From NCBI RefSeq assembly GCF_042872425.1, contig NZ_JBIAKK010000002.1, positions 224,785-264,784 on the forward strand: a stretch of DNA of 40,000 bases, read 5' to 3'. A program made the position numbers and the translations under genes. This DNA comes from Streptomyces sp. NPDC005262 (GTDB lineage: Bacteria > Actinomycetota > Actinomycetes > Streptomycetales > Streptomycetaceae). A model generated the notes under the pieces. The model ran no database searches. It was not told where the DNA came from and saw only the letters and a program-made list of their open reading frames with translations. Shown piece by piece: positions 1-8,471 of the stretch; position 1 is the first letter of the stretch; the number at the start of each line of letters is the position of its first letter.

Positions 1-571
1 CTCCCGCGTCGTCCCCGGCTTCGAGGATTTCAACGCCCGTGTCGCCCGCCCCGGGGGCTTCACCCTCCCGCACCCACCGCGCGACTCCCGCCGCTTCCCC
101 ACCACCACCGGCAAGGCGAACTTCACCGCGGCCCCCGTCGAATACCCCCAACTCCCCGAAGGCCGACTGCTGTTGCAGACCCTGCGCTCCCACGACCAGT
201 ACAACACCACGATCTACGGTCTCGACGACCGCTACCGCGGCATCAAGGGCGGCCGCCGCGTCGTCATGGTCAACCCCGACGACGCCCGCGCCCTCGGCCT
301 CACCGACGGCGCCTACACCGACCTCGTCAGCGAATGGAAGGACGGCACCGAACGCCGGGCACCCGGTTTCCGCATCGTCCACTACCCCACCGCCCGCGGC
401 TGCGCCGCCGCCTACTACCCCGAGACCAACGTGCTGGTCCCCCTCGACTCCACCGCCGACACCAGCAACACCCCCGCCAGCAAGTCCGTCGTCGTCCGCT
501 TCGAGAACATCCAGAGCCGGAGCGTCCAGGAGCAGGACATAACGCAAGAATCCGCACCCACCTCCCGCTAA
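1..571 (+). CDS. Molybdopterin oxidoreductase, FdhF/YdeP-like, C-terminal part (5' end outside window)
   Basis: Frame 2 is open from nt 2 to TAA 569-571. My translation of 2-172 (SRVVPGFEDFNARVARPGGFTLPHPPRDSRRFPTTTGKANFTAAP...) runs into the listed ORF (LQTLRSHDQYNTTIYGLDDRYRGIKGGRRVVMVNPDDARALGL...VVRFE). From memory this resembles the C-terminal molybdopterin-dinucleotide-binding barrel of YdeP-type formate-dehydrogenase-like enzymes. Confidence 0.75.
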   Translation, partial: SRVVPGFEDFNARVARPGGFTLPHPPRDSRRFPTTTGKANFTAAPVEYPQLPEGRLLLQTLRSHDQYNTTIYGLDDRYRGIKGGRRVVMVNPDDARALGLTDGAYTDLVSEWKDGTERRAPGFRIVHYPTARGCAAAYYPETNVLVPLDSTADTSNTPASKSVVVRFENIQSRSVQEQDITQESAPTSR

Positions 572-619
572 GCGTTCGCTCAGTCGTCTGATAAGAACGA
601 TGCACACAGCAATAAAGCT

Positions 620-1123
620 ATGAACCACCGCAGACGATCGGAGCCGGACCCCATGGGCGAGCACACCGCACCCAAGTTCCCCCAGGAGATCATCGACGAG
701 TACGCCGCACTCGGCGTCGACCTGCCCGCCCTCTTCTCCGCCGGCCACCTCGGCGAACGCATGGGCGTCCAGATCGTCGAAGCCTCCGCGGACCGCGTCG
801 TCGGCACCATGCCCGTCGAAGGCAACACCCAGCCCTACGGACTCCTGCACGGCGGCGCCTCCGCCGTCCTCGCCGAGACCCTCGGCTCCGTCGGCAGCAT
901 GCTCCACGGCGGCGCCACCAAGCTCGCCGTCGGCGTCGACCTGAACTGCACCCATCACCGAGGGGTACGGAGCGGACTCGTCACCGGCGTCGCCACCCCC
1001 GTACACCGCGGCCGCTCCACCGCCACGTACGAGATCGTCATCACCGACGAACAGGACAAGCGCGTCTGCACCGCACGCCTCACCTGCATGCTCCGCGACG
1101 TCCCCAAGCCCGCCGCCGCCTGA
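620..1123 (+). CDS. PaaI/YbgC-type hotdog-fold thioesterase
   Basis: 167-aa ORF with a hotdog core (NTQPYGLLHGGASAVLAETLGS...GVDLNCTHHRGV...HRGRSTATYEIVITDE). An in-frame ATG at 653 is an alternative start. A hairpin follows at 1145-1182. Confidence 0.8.
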   Translation: MNHRRRSEPDPMGEHTAPKFPQEIIDEYAALGVDLPALFSAGHLGERMGVQIVEASADRVVGTMPVEGNTQPYGLLHGGASAVLAETLGSVGSMLHGGATKLAVGVDLNCTHHRGVRSGLVTGVATPVHRGRSTATYEIVITDEQDKRVCTARLTCMLRDVPKPAAA

Positions 1124-1144
1124 CGCACCGGCACCGCACCACAC

Positions 1145-1182
1145 CTCTGCCCGGCCCGGATCACAAACCCGGCCGGGCAGAG
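1145..1182 (+). terminator. GC-rich hairpin downstream of the thioesterase
   Basis: ctctgcccggcc (1145-1156) pairs perfectly with ggccgggcagag (1171-1182), and two more GC pairs sit inside. It starts 22 nt after the stop. There is no T-tract. Confidence 0.5.
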
Positions 1183-1744
1183 CCATATCCACCCACAACC
1201 ACCCGTCCTGACACGGGAGTTGAGCAACATTCGCACCCAACGCCCTTGACCGTGAGACCCGTTGTATGGCCCACTCAACATTCACACACACCCCACGGAC
1301 ACCACGGGGCGTGGACCACATAGCCCCCCGGCGTAACACTGCGTAACAAGCACGCAATACCCGGGCACCACGGGGCGGCACCCCAACCCCGGCCCCCGGC
1401 CGCCGGGCACTTCGTCGCGCCCTCACCACCCCCCGCGACGCGACAGCACCAAGATCGCTTCAAGCCCCTTAGCAGAGCTGCGCGTTCTCAGAATGCGGTC
1501 ACTTCACCGTCCGGTAAAAAGCCGTACATGTCCCCACAGCCACCTCAAGCCTTCCTCAACGTCATAACAAGACAGTCACATCCTCCGCCGACCCGTCCCC
1601 GACCCCGCCACCTGCGCCTAGAGTCACGGCCAGTCACCGCGCCGCCGGGCGCGTCTGCTGCACGGCCCTGTACCAACCCAGTACGGCCCGGCGAACGACA
1701 CGGCACCTCAAGCAGAGGAGGCCGCGCCAGGGAAAGGACTTTTC

Positions 1745-2968
1745 GTGCGACACCGTTCTTTGCTCATCCTCACCACAGTGCTCACCACCGGAGCACTGAC
1801 GCTCACCGCCTGCGGGTCGCGCGACGACAGCAAGAACAGCAGCGGCGGCGGCGACACCCAGACCGTCGTCATCGGCGTCGACGCGCCCCTGACCGGAGAC
1901 CTCTCCGCGCTCGGCCTCGGCATCAAGAACTCCGCCGACCTCGCCGTCAACCTCGCGAACAAGAACAAGACGGTCCCCGGCGTCACGTTCAAGCTTCAGC
2001 CCCTCGACGACCAGGCCCAGCCCTCCGTCGGAGGACAGAACGCCCAGAAGTTCATCGACAACAAGGACGTCCTCGGCGTTGTCGGCCCCCTGAACTCCAG
2101 CGTCTCGCAGTCGATGCAGAAGCCGCTCAACGACGCCAGCCTCACCCAGATCTCCCCCGCCAACACGGGCACCGAGCTGACCCAGGGCAACGACTGGAAG
2201 ACCGGCAAGAAGCAGCGCCCGTTCAAGACCTACTTCCGCACCGCCACCACGGACCAGATCCAGGGTGCCTTCGCTGCGAAGTACCTCTTCAACAACGCCA
2301 AGATCAACAAGGTCTACCTGATCGACGACCAGAAGACCTACGGAGCCGGCCTGGCCGCCTCCTTCAAGGCGACGTTCACCGAGCTCGGCGGCAAGATCGT
2401 CGGCGCCGACCACGTCAACCCCGACGACCGCGACTTCAACGCCGTCGTCACCAAGGTCAAGAAGTCCGGCGCCAAGGCCGTCTACTACGGCGGTGAGTAC
2501 CCCGCCGGCGCACCCCTGAGCCAGCAGCTCAAGGACAGCGTCCAGATCCCGCTCATGGGCGGCGACGGCATGTACAGCGCCGACTTCATCAAGCTCAACA
2601 AGAAGGCCCAGGGCGACATCGCCACCTCCGTCGGCAAGCCCGTCGAGGAGCTCGACTCCGCCAAGAAGTTCATCGCCGACTACAAGACGGCCGGCTACAA
2701 GGACGCCTACGAGGCCTACGGCGGCGGCACCTACGACGCCACGATGGCCATCATCGAGGCCGTCAAGGCCGTCGTCGCCGCCAACGACGGCAAGCTCCCC
2801 GAGGACGCCCGCGCCAAGGTCCTCGACGCGGTCGGCAAGGTCAACTTCGACGGCGTCACCGGCCCCGTCTCCTTCGACGAGTACGGCGACACCACCAACA
2901 CCATGATGACCGCCTACCAGGTCGACGGCGGCAAGTGGGTCTCCAAGCTCAGCGAGGCCTACAAGTAG
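1745..2968 (+). CDS. livK: Branched-chain amino acid ABC transporter substrate-binding lipoprotein (LivK/LivJ family)
   Basis: 407 aa. The signal peptide carries a lipobox (LTLTAC). The body is a type I periplasmic binding protein (VVIGVDAPLTGDLSALG...YLIDDQKTYGAGLA). GGAAAGGA sits upstream of the GTG start. It is first in a five-gene liv operon. Confidence 0.9.
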   Translation: MRHRSLLILTTVLTTGALTLTACGSRDDSKNSSGGGDTQTVVIGVDAPLTGDLSALGLGIKNSADLAVNLANKNKTVPGVTFKLQPLDDQAQPSVGGQNAQKFIDNKDVLGVVGPLNSSVSQSMQKPLNDASLTQISPANTGTELTQGNDWKTGKKQRPFKTYFRTATTDQIQGAFAAKYLFNNAKINKVYLIDDQKTYGAGLAASFKATFTELGGKIVGADHVNPDDRDFNAVVTKVKKSGAKAVYYGGEYPAGAPLSQQLKDSVQIPLMGGDGMYSADFIKLNKKAQGDIATSVGKPVEELDSAKKFIADYKTAGYKDAYEAYGGGTYDATMAIIEAVKAVVAANDGKLPEDARAKVLDAVGKVNFDGVTGPVSFDEYGDTTNTMMTAYQVDGGKWVSKLSEAYK

Positions 2969-3076
2969 GACTGACCAGGCCCTCCCGGTCACGCAGCAAA
3001 GCAACCAGACCGCGCGGGAGCGCTACCAGCGCTCCCGCGCGGTGCCATATCCGAACCACTCCACGGAGGCCCTGCG

Positions 3077-4006
3077 GTGAACGAACTGCCGCAACAGCTG
3101 GCCAATGGACTCATCCTCGGCGCGATGTACGGTCTCATCGCGATCGGTTACACGATGGTCTACGGAATCATCCAGCTCATCAACTTCGCCCACGGCGAGA
3201 TCTTCATGATCGGAGGCTTCGGAGCTCTCACCGTGTACCTCTGGATGCCGGCCGGCTCCAACCTCCTCGCAATCGTCCCCCTCATGATCATCGGCGGCGT
3301 CATATGCTCCGTCGCCGTCAGCGTCGCCGCCGAACGCTTTGCCTACCGGCCGCTGCGCACCGCCCCCAGACTCGCCCCGCTGATCACCGCGATCGGACTC
3401 TCCCTCGCACTCCAGCAGGCCATCTGGAAGTGGTATCCCAACGCCACGAAGGACCACCCCTTCCCCCAGTTCAAGGGCGAAGCCTTCGACCTCTTCGGCG
3501 CCAACATCCAGCGCGGTGACCTCTTCGTCCTCATCGCCGCACCCGTCTGCATGATCGCCCTCGGCCTCTTCGTCTCCAAGACCCGCTCCGGACGCGGCAT
3601 GCAGGCAACCTCGCAGGACCCCGACACCGCCAAACTCATGGGCATCAACACCGACCGCATCATCGTCATGGCCTTCGCCATCGGTGCCGCGTTCGCAGCC
3701 GTCGCAGCCGTCGCCTACGGGCTCAAGAACGGCCAGATCGGCTTCCGCATGGGCTTCATCATGGGCCTCAAGGCCTTCACCGCAGCCGTACTCGGCGGCA
3801 TCGGCAACATCTACGGCGCCATGCTCGGCGGAGTCGTACTCGGCGTCGCCGAATCCCTCGCCACCGGCTACATGAGCGACGTCCCCGGCATGGACCTCTT
3901 CGGCGGCGGCGCCTGGAAGGACGTATGGGCCTTCGTCCTCCTCATCGTCGTCCTGCTGCTCCGGCCCCAAGGCCTGCTCGGCGAACGCGTCGCGGATCGG
4001 GCGTGA
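3077..4006 (+). CDS. livH: Branched-chain amino acid ABC transporter permease LivH
   Basis: 309-aa polytopic protein (LANGLILGAMYGLIAIGYTMVYGIIQLINFAHGE...). GGAGG lies upstream of the GTG start. Confidence 0.9.
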   Translation: MNELPQQLANGLILGAMYGLIAIGYTMVYGIIQLINFAHGEIFMIGGFGALTVYLWMPAGSNLLAIVPLMIIGGVICSVAVSVAAERFAYRPLRTAPRLAPLITAIGLSLALQQAIWKWYPNATKDHPFPQFKGEAFDLFGANIQRGDLFVLIAAPVCMIALGLFVSKTRSGRGMQATSQDPDTAKLMGINTDRIIVMAFAIGAAFAAVAAVAYGLKNGQIGFRMGFIMGLKAFTAAVLGGIGNIYGAMLGGVVLGVAESLATGYMSDVPGMDLFGGGAWKDVWAFVLLIVVLLLRPQGLLGERVADRA

Positions 4007-4011
4007 TACGG

Positions 4012-5796
4012 ATGACCACCCAGAACACACTCATCCCACTGCCCGCACCGATCGCCCGCCTCGCCACCGCCGCAGGCGCCGCCATCGCCCTCGCCGGCAC
4101 CTTCCTCGCCTGGACCTGGACCACCGACTTCCCCGGCGACCTCACGGTCACCGGCTACCCCGGCGGCCTCCAGATCCTCACCCTCACCGGCGCGGCCCTC
4201 ACCCTCCTCTTCGTACTCAGCGGATACGACATCCGAGGACTGCGCTGGCTCACCCCCGGCGGCACCAACAGCCCCGTCCGGCTCCTCGCCCTCGGCACCC
4301 TCGGCACCACCGGCTACACCATGGGGGCCATCGCCTACGAGCTCGGCGGCATCGTCAACCTCGAACCCGGCGCATGGGTCAGCGGCATCGGCGCACTCAT
4401 CGCCACCATCGCCGCACTCGCACTCCCCAGCGACGAACCCCTCTCCCAGCACGAACCCCGGCCGGGCGCCTGGCAGCGCTTCCGCAACAGCCTCGCCGCA
4501 CCCGCCGCAACCCGCGCCAAAACACTCCCCGCCTGGGCCGAAATCCTCATCATCACAGCAGCCTTCGGCACCATGCTGTACGTCTTCACCTACGGCATCG
4601 GCATCCCCACCGAAGACTCCGAACAGTTCATCGGCTTCCTCATCACCGCAGCCTTCGCGTTCACCGCCATCACCCGTGCGGGACTCATCTCCCGCATCAC
4701 CGCGCTGACCACGAAGCACCGCAACGTCGCCCTCACCGCAGCCCTGGTCGCAGCACTCTGCTTCCCCTTCACCCAGGACACCGCGGAATACACGCTCATC
4801 GGCGCGAACATCCTCATCTTCGCGACCGTCGCACTCGGCCTCAACGTCGTCGTCGGCCTCGCCGGCCTCCTCGACCTCGGCTACGTCGCCTTCCTCGGCG
4901 TCGGGGCCTACACCGCGGCACTCGTCTCCGGCGCCCCCCTCGCCGCCATCGGCGTCCACTTCCCCTTCTGGGCCGCCGTCCTCACCGGAGCCGCAGTCTC
5001 ACTCGTCTTCGGCGTCCTCATCGGCGCCCCGACCCTCCGACTGCGCGGCGACTACCTCGCCATCGTCACCCTCGGCTTCGGTGAAATCTTCCGCGTCACC
5101 GTCAACAACCTCAACGGCAACAGCGGACCCGACCTCACCAACGGCTCCCAAGGCATCCCCAGCATCCCGGACCTCAACCTCTTCGGGATCGACTTCGGAC
5201 TCAGCCACGACATCGGCCCGTTCACCCTCAGCAGGCCCGCCAACTACTACCTGCTGATGCTCGTCGTCACCGCCGTCGTCGTCCTCGTCTTCCGCCGCTC
5301 CGGAGAATCCCGCATCGGCCGCGCCTGGGTCGCCATCCGCGAAGACGAAACCGCCGCCACCGCCATGGGCATCAACGCCTTCCGGCTCAAGCTGCTCGCC
5401 TTCGCCCTCGGCGCCACCCTCGCCGGCCTCGCCGGCACCGTCCAGGCACACGTCAACTACACCGTGACGCCCGAGCAGTACCAGTTCGCCGGCTCCGTAC
5501 CCCCGAACTCCGCCTTCCTCCTCGCCGCCGTCATCCTCGGCGGCATGGGAACCCTCAGCGGACCCTTCGTCGGCGCCGCACTGCTCTACCTCATCCCGGC
5601 CAAACTCCAGTTCATGCAGGACTACCAGCTGTTCCTCTTCGGCATCGCGCTCATCCTCCTGATGCGCTTCCGCCCCGAAGGCCTGGTCGCCGACCGCAGG
5701 AAACAGCTCGAATTCCACGAGAACGACACCATCGACGTACCCGAACCACGGCAGTCCGAAGAAACCGGCGCCGGCATCGCCAAGGCGGGGGCGTGA
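4012..5796 (+). CDS. livM: Branched-chain amino acid ABC transporter permease LivM with a long N-terminal membrane extension
   Basis: The listed ORF starts at 3925 but overlaps livH. ATG 4012 (MTTQNTLIPL) lies 6 nt after the livH stop. The canonical LivM core (GANILIFATVALGLNVVVGLAGLLDLGYVAFLGVGAYT) begins about 290 aa in. The stop overlaps the livG start (GTGA). Confidence 0.88.
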   Translation: MTTQNTLIPLPAPIARLATAAGAAIALAGTFLAWTWTTDFPGDLTVTGYPGGLQILTLTGAALTLLFVLSGYDIRGLRWLTPGGTNSPVRLLALGTLGTTGYTMGAIAYELGGIVNLEPGAWVSGIGALIATIAALALPSDEPLSQHEPRPGAWQRFRNSLAAPAATRAKTLPAWAEILIITAAFGTMLYVFTYGIGIPTEDSEQFIGFLITAAFAFTAITRAGLISRITALTTKHRNVALTAALVAALCFPFTQDTAEYTLIGANILIFATVALGLNVVVGLAGLLDLGYVAFLGVGAYTAALVSGAPLAAIGVHFPFWAAVLTGAAVSLVFGVLIGAPTLRLRGDYLAIVTLGFGEIFRVTVNNLNGNSGPDLTNGSQGIPSIPDLNLFGIDFGLSHDIGPFTLSRPANYYLLMLVVTAVVVLVFRRSGESRIGRAWVAIREDETAATAMGINAFRLKLLAFALGATLAGLAGTVQAHVNYTVTPEQYQFAGSVPPNSAFLLAAVILGGMGTLSGPFVGAALLYLIPAKLQFMQDYQLFLFGIALILLMRFRPEGLVADRRKQLEFHENDTIDVPEPRQSEETGAGIAKAGA

Positions 5797-6740
5797 CCAC
5801 CATGACCACCACCACACAAACCGCCACCACCGTCCTCGACGCAAGCGGCGTCACCATGCGCTTCGGCGGCCTCACCGCCGTACGCAACGTCGACCTCACC
5901 GTCAACGCAGGTGAAATCGTCGGCCTCATCGGACCCAACGGCGCCGGCAAAACCACCTTCTTCAACTGCCTCACCGGGCTCTACGTCCCCACCGAAGGCA
6001 CAGTCAGCTACAAGGGCACCGTCCTGCCGCCCAAGCCCCACCTCGTCACCCAGGCAGGCATCGCCCGCACCTTCCAGAACATCCGACTCTTCCCGAACAT
6101 GACCGTTCTGGAAAACGTCCTCGTCGGACGCCACACCCGCACCAAAGAAGGCCTCTGGTCCGCCCTCCTGCGCCTCCCCGGCTTCACCAAAGCCGAGAAC
6201 GCCAGCCGCGAACGCGCCATGGAACTCCTCGAGTTCATCGGCCTCCGCACCAAGGCCGACCACCTCGCGCGCAACCTCCCCTACGGAGACCAGCGCAAGC
6301 TGGAAATCGCCCGCGCCCTCGCCAGCGACCCCGGACTCCTCCTCCTCGACGAGCCCACCGCCGGCATGAACCCCCAGGAAACCCGAGTCACCGAAGAACT
6401 CATCTTCGCCATCCGGGACCAAGGCATCGCCGTCCTCGTCATCGAGCACGACATGCGCTTCATCTTCAACCTCTGCGACCGAGTCGCCGTCCTCGTACAG
6501 GGCGAAAAACTCGTCGAAGGCACCTCCGACGTCGTCCAGAGCGACGAACGCGTCGTAGCCGCCTACCTCGGCACCCCCTTCGAAGGCGCCCCCGGCTCCG
6601 AAGAAGTCGCCGAAGTCGAAGCCGCAGAAGCCGAAGCACACGCCGAAGCCGCAACCACGGAAGCGGAGCCCGCCGAAACGGCAACCGCCACCGACGACGA
6701 CACAAGCACCACCCGCACCGAAGAGGAGGACACCCGATGA
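5793..6740 (+). CDS. livG: Branched-chain amino acid ABC transporter ATP-binding protein LivG, with an acidic C-terminal tail
   Basis: Walker A GPNGAGKTT, signature YGDQRKLEIARAL, Walker B LLLLDEP. GTG 5793 overlaps the livM stop. ATG 5802 is an in-frame alternative start. Confidence 0.9.
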   Translation: MTTMTTTTQTATTVLDASGVTMRFGGLTAVRNVDLTVNAGEIVGLIGPNGAGKTTFFNCLTGLYVPTEGTVSYKGTVLPPKPHLVTQAGIARTFQNIRLFPNMTVLENVLVGRHTRTKEGLWSALLRLPGFTKAENASRERAMELLEFIGLRTKADHLARNLPYGDQRKLEIARALASDPGLLLLDEPTAGMNPQETRVTEELIFAIRDQGIAVLVIEHDMRFIFNLCDRVAVLVQGEKLVEGTSDVVQSDERVVAAYLGTPFEGAPGSEEVAEVEAAEAEAHAEAATTEAEPAETATATDDDTSTTRTEEEDTR

Positions 6741-7453
6741 CCGCACTGCTCCAGGTCGAAGACCTCCGCGTCGCCTACGGCAAGATCGAAGCCGTCAAAG
6801 GCATCTCCTTCACCGTCGAAGCCGGCCAGGTCGTCACCCTCATCGGCACCAACGGCGCAGGAAAGACGACCACCCTGCGCACCCTCTCCGGCCTCCTCAA
6901 GCCCATCGGCGGCCAGATCCTCTTCGAAGGCAAACCACTCACCAACGTCCCCGCCCACAAGATCGTCTCCCTGGGCCTCGCCCACTCCCCCGAGGGACGC
7001 CACATCTTCCCCCGGCTGACGATCACCGAGAACCTCCTCCTCGGCGCCTACCTCCGAAACGACAAAGCAGGCATCGAAAAGGACATCCAGCGCGCCTACG
7101 ACCTCTTCCCCATCCTCGGAGAACGAAGGAAGCAGGCCGCCGGTACCCTCTCGGGCGGCGAACAGCAAATGCTCGCCATGGGCCGCGCCCTCATGTCCCA
7201 GCCCAAACTGCTCATGCTCGACGAACCCTCCATGGGCCTCTCCCCGATCATGATGCAGAAGATCATGGAGACCATCGTCGAGCTGAAGGCCCAAGGCACC
7301 ACCATCCTGCTCGTCGAGCAGAACGCCCAGGCCGCACTCTCCCTCGCCGACCACGGCCACGTCATGGAGGTCGGCAAGATCGTCCTCTCCGGCACCGGCC
7401 AGAACCTCCTCCACGACGAATCCGTCCGCAAGGCGTACCTCGGCGAGGACTGA
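6737..7453 (+). CDS. livF: Branched-chain amino acid ABC transporter ATP-binding protein LivF
   Basis: Walker A GTNGAGKTT, signature LSGGEQQMLAMGRAL, Walker B LLMLDEP. It is coupled to livG by an ATGA overlap. Confidence 0.92.
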   Translation: MTALLQVEDLRVAYGKIEAVKGISFTVEAGQVVTLIGTNGAGKTTTLRTLSGLLKPIGGQILFEGKPLTNVPAHKIVSLGLAHSPEGRHIFPRLTITENLLLGAYLRNDKAGIEKDIQRAYDLFPILGERRKQAAGTLSGGEQQMLAMGRALMSQPKLLMLDEPSMGLSPIMMQKIMETIVELKAQGTTILLVEQNAQAALSLADHGHVMEVGKIVLSGTGQNLLHDESVRKAYLGED

Positions 7454-7466
7454 CCCACCCCTTCAC

Positions 7467-7515
7467 ACGGAAGAGGCCCGCCCCCCGATCGATCCGGGGT
7501 GCGGGCCTCTTCCGT
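7467..7515. terminator. Bidirectional terminator hairpin between convergent livF and pdtaR
   Basis: acggaagaggcccgc (7467-7481) pairs perfectly over 15 bp with gcgggcctcttccgt (7501-7515). Inner CCCC/GGGG pairs extend the stem. Confidence 0.65.
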
Positions 7516-7529
7516 ACGAACCTACGCGA

Positions 7530-8189
7530 CTACTCGCCGTCCTTCGACGCCCGCCGCTTCTCCTCGGCATCCTCGATCAACGCCTCGGCCAGCTGCTGCA
7601 TCGACAGCCGACGATCCATCGACGTCTTCTGAATCCACCGGAACGCAGCCGGCTCCGACAGCCCGTAATCCGTCTGCAGAATGCTCTTCGCCCGATCCAC
7701 CAGCTTCCGCGTCTCCAACCGCTGCGCAAGATCCGCGACCTCGGACTCCAGCGCCTTCAGCTCCGCGAACCGCGACACGGCCATCTCGATGGCCGGCACC
7801 ACGTCGCTCTTGCTGAACGGCTTCACGAGATACGCCATCGCCCCGGCGTCCCGGGCCCGCTCCACGAGGTCGCGCTGCGAGAACGCGGTGAGCATCAGAA
7901 CAGGCGCAATGGACTCCTCGGAGATGCGCTCGGCGGCGGAGATACCGTCGAGGATCGGCATCTTCACATCGAGAATCACGAGGTCGGGCCGGTGCTCCCG
8001 GGCGAGCTCGACCGCCTGCTCGCCGTCTCCGGCCTCGCCGACGACCGCGTAGCCCTCTTCTTCGAGCATCTCTTTGAGGTCGAGGCGGATGAGAGCCTCG
8101 TCCTCGGCGATGACGACGCGGGTCGTCAGCGGCGGGACGTGCGACTTGTCGTCGTCGGCGACGGGCTGGGGCGACTCGGGCGTGGTCAC
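7530..8189 (-). CDS. pdtaR: ANTAR-domain response regulator (PdtaR-like RNA-binding antiterminator)
   Basis: 219 aa. The N-terminal receiver has RVVIAEDEALIRLDLKEMLEEEGY...DLVILDVKMP. The C-terminal ANTAR domain has LETRKLVDRAKSILQTDYGLSEPAAFRWIQKTSMDRRLSMQQLAEALI. GAGGAG precedes the GTG start. Confidence 0.87.
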   Translation of the reverse strand: MTTPESPQPVADDDKSHVPPLTTRVVIAEDEALIRLDLKEMLEEEGYAVVGEAGDGEQAVELAREHRPDLVILDVKMPILDGISAAERISEESIAPVLMLTAFSQRDLVERARDAGAMAYLVKPFSKSDVVPAIEMAVSRFAELKALESEVADLAQRLETRKLVDRAKSILQTDYGLSEPAAFRWIQKTSMDRRLSMQQLAEALIEDAEEKRRASKDGE

Positions 8190-8288
8190 GGGGCTCCTCG
8201 TTCAAGACAGGGGTACTGCTGCCAAGAGCCTACCTAGCTGCGGTAAGGTGGACGCTCAGCGGGTCGAGGGAAACCTTCGATTCAGCGA

Positions 8289-8363
8289 GCCCCGGTAGTC
8301 CAATTGGTTAGAGACAATGGATTCAAAACCCATCCAGTGTCGGTTCGAGTCCGACTCGGGGCA
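8289..8363 (+). tRNA. tRNA, anticodon CAA by hand fold (nominally Leu) but with a class-I body (5-nt variable loop)
   Basis: The cloverleaf was folded by hand. Acceptor: gccccgg/tcggggc with one G-U. D arm: gtc-caattggttaga-gac with G18G19. Anticodon arm: atgga-TTCAAAA-cccat with an A31-C39 mismatch. Variable loop: ccagt. T arm: gtcgg-TTCGAGT-ccgac. Discriminator: A. CCA is not encoded. Confidence 0.6.
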
Positions 8364-8471
8364 CTTTTCCTTCGATTCCAAGGTCGCAAGGTAACGGCAG
8401 GGCTTCACTTGATCGTGTGATCGCCTCACTAAGCCTGCTCGCGAGCTCCATGATCCGCCAGACTCGACCCT

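Noticed and set aside
3925-4011. Start of livM at 3925, as in the ORF track
   Set aside because: It would overlap the last 82 nt of livH and add an Arg/Pro-rich peptide. ATG 4012 directly follows the livH stop.
8289-8363. Reading the tRNA on the minus strand, where the loop would read TTTTGAA, anticodon TTG, Gln
   Set aside because: The canonical T-arm GGTTCGAGTCC and a GG-containing D-loop exist only on the + strand. The minus-strand version lacks both.
7500-8400. Interpreting the composition flip as the chromosomal replication origin
   Set aside because: I see no dnaA/dnaN, no obvious DnaA-box cluster and no AT-rich unwinding element. The flip lies inside a coding gene, and the locus corresponds to a non-origin region in Streptomyces synteny as I remember it. 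The observation is kept as a finding without that interpretation.
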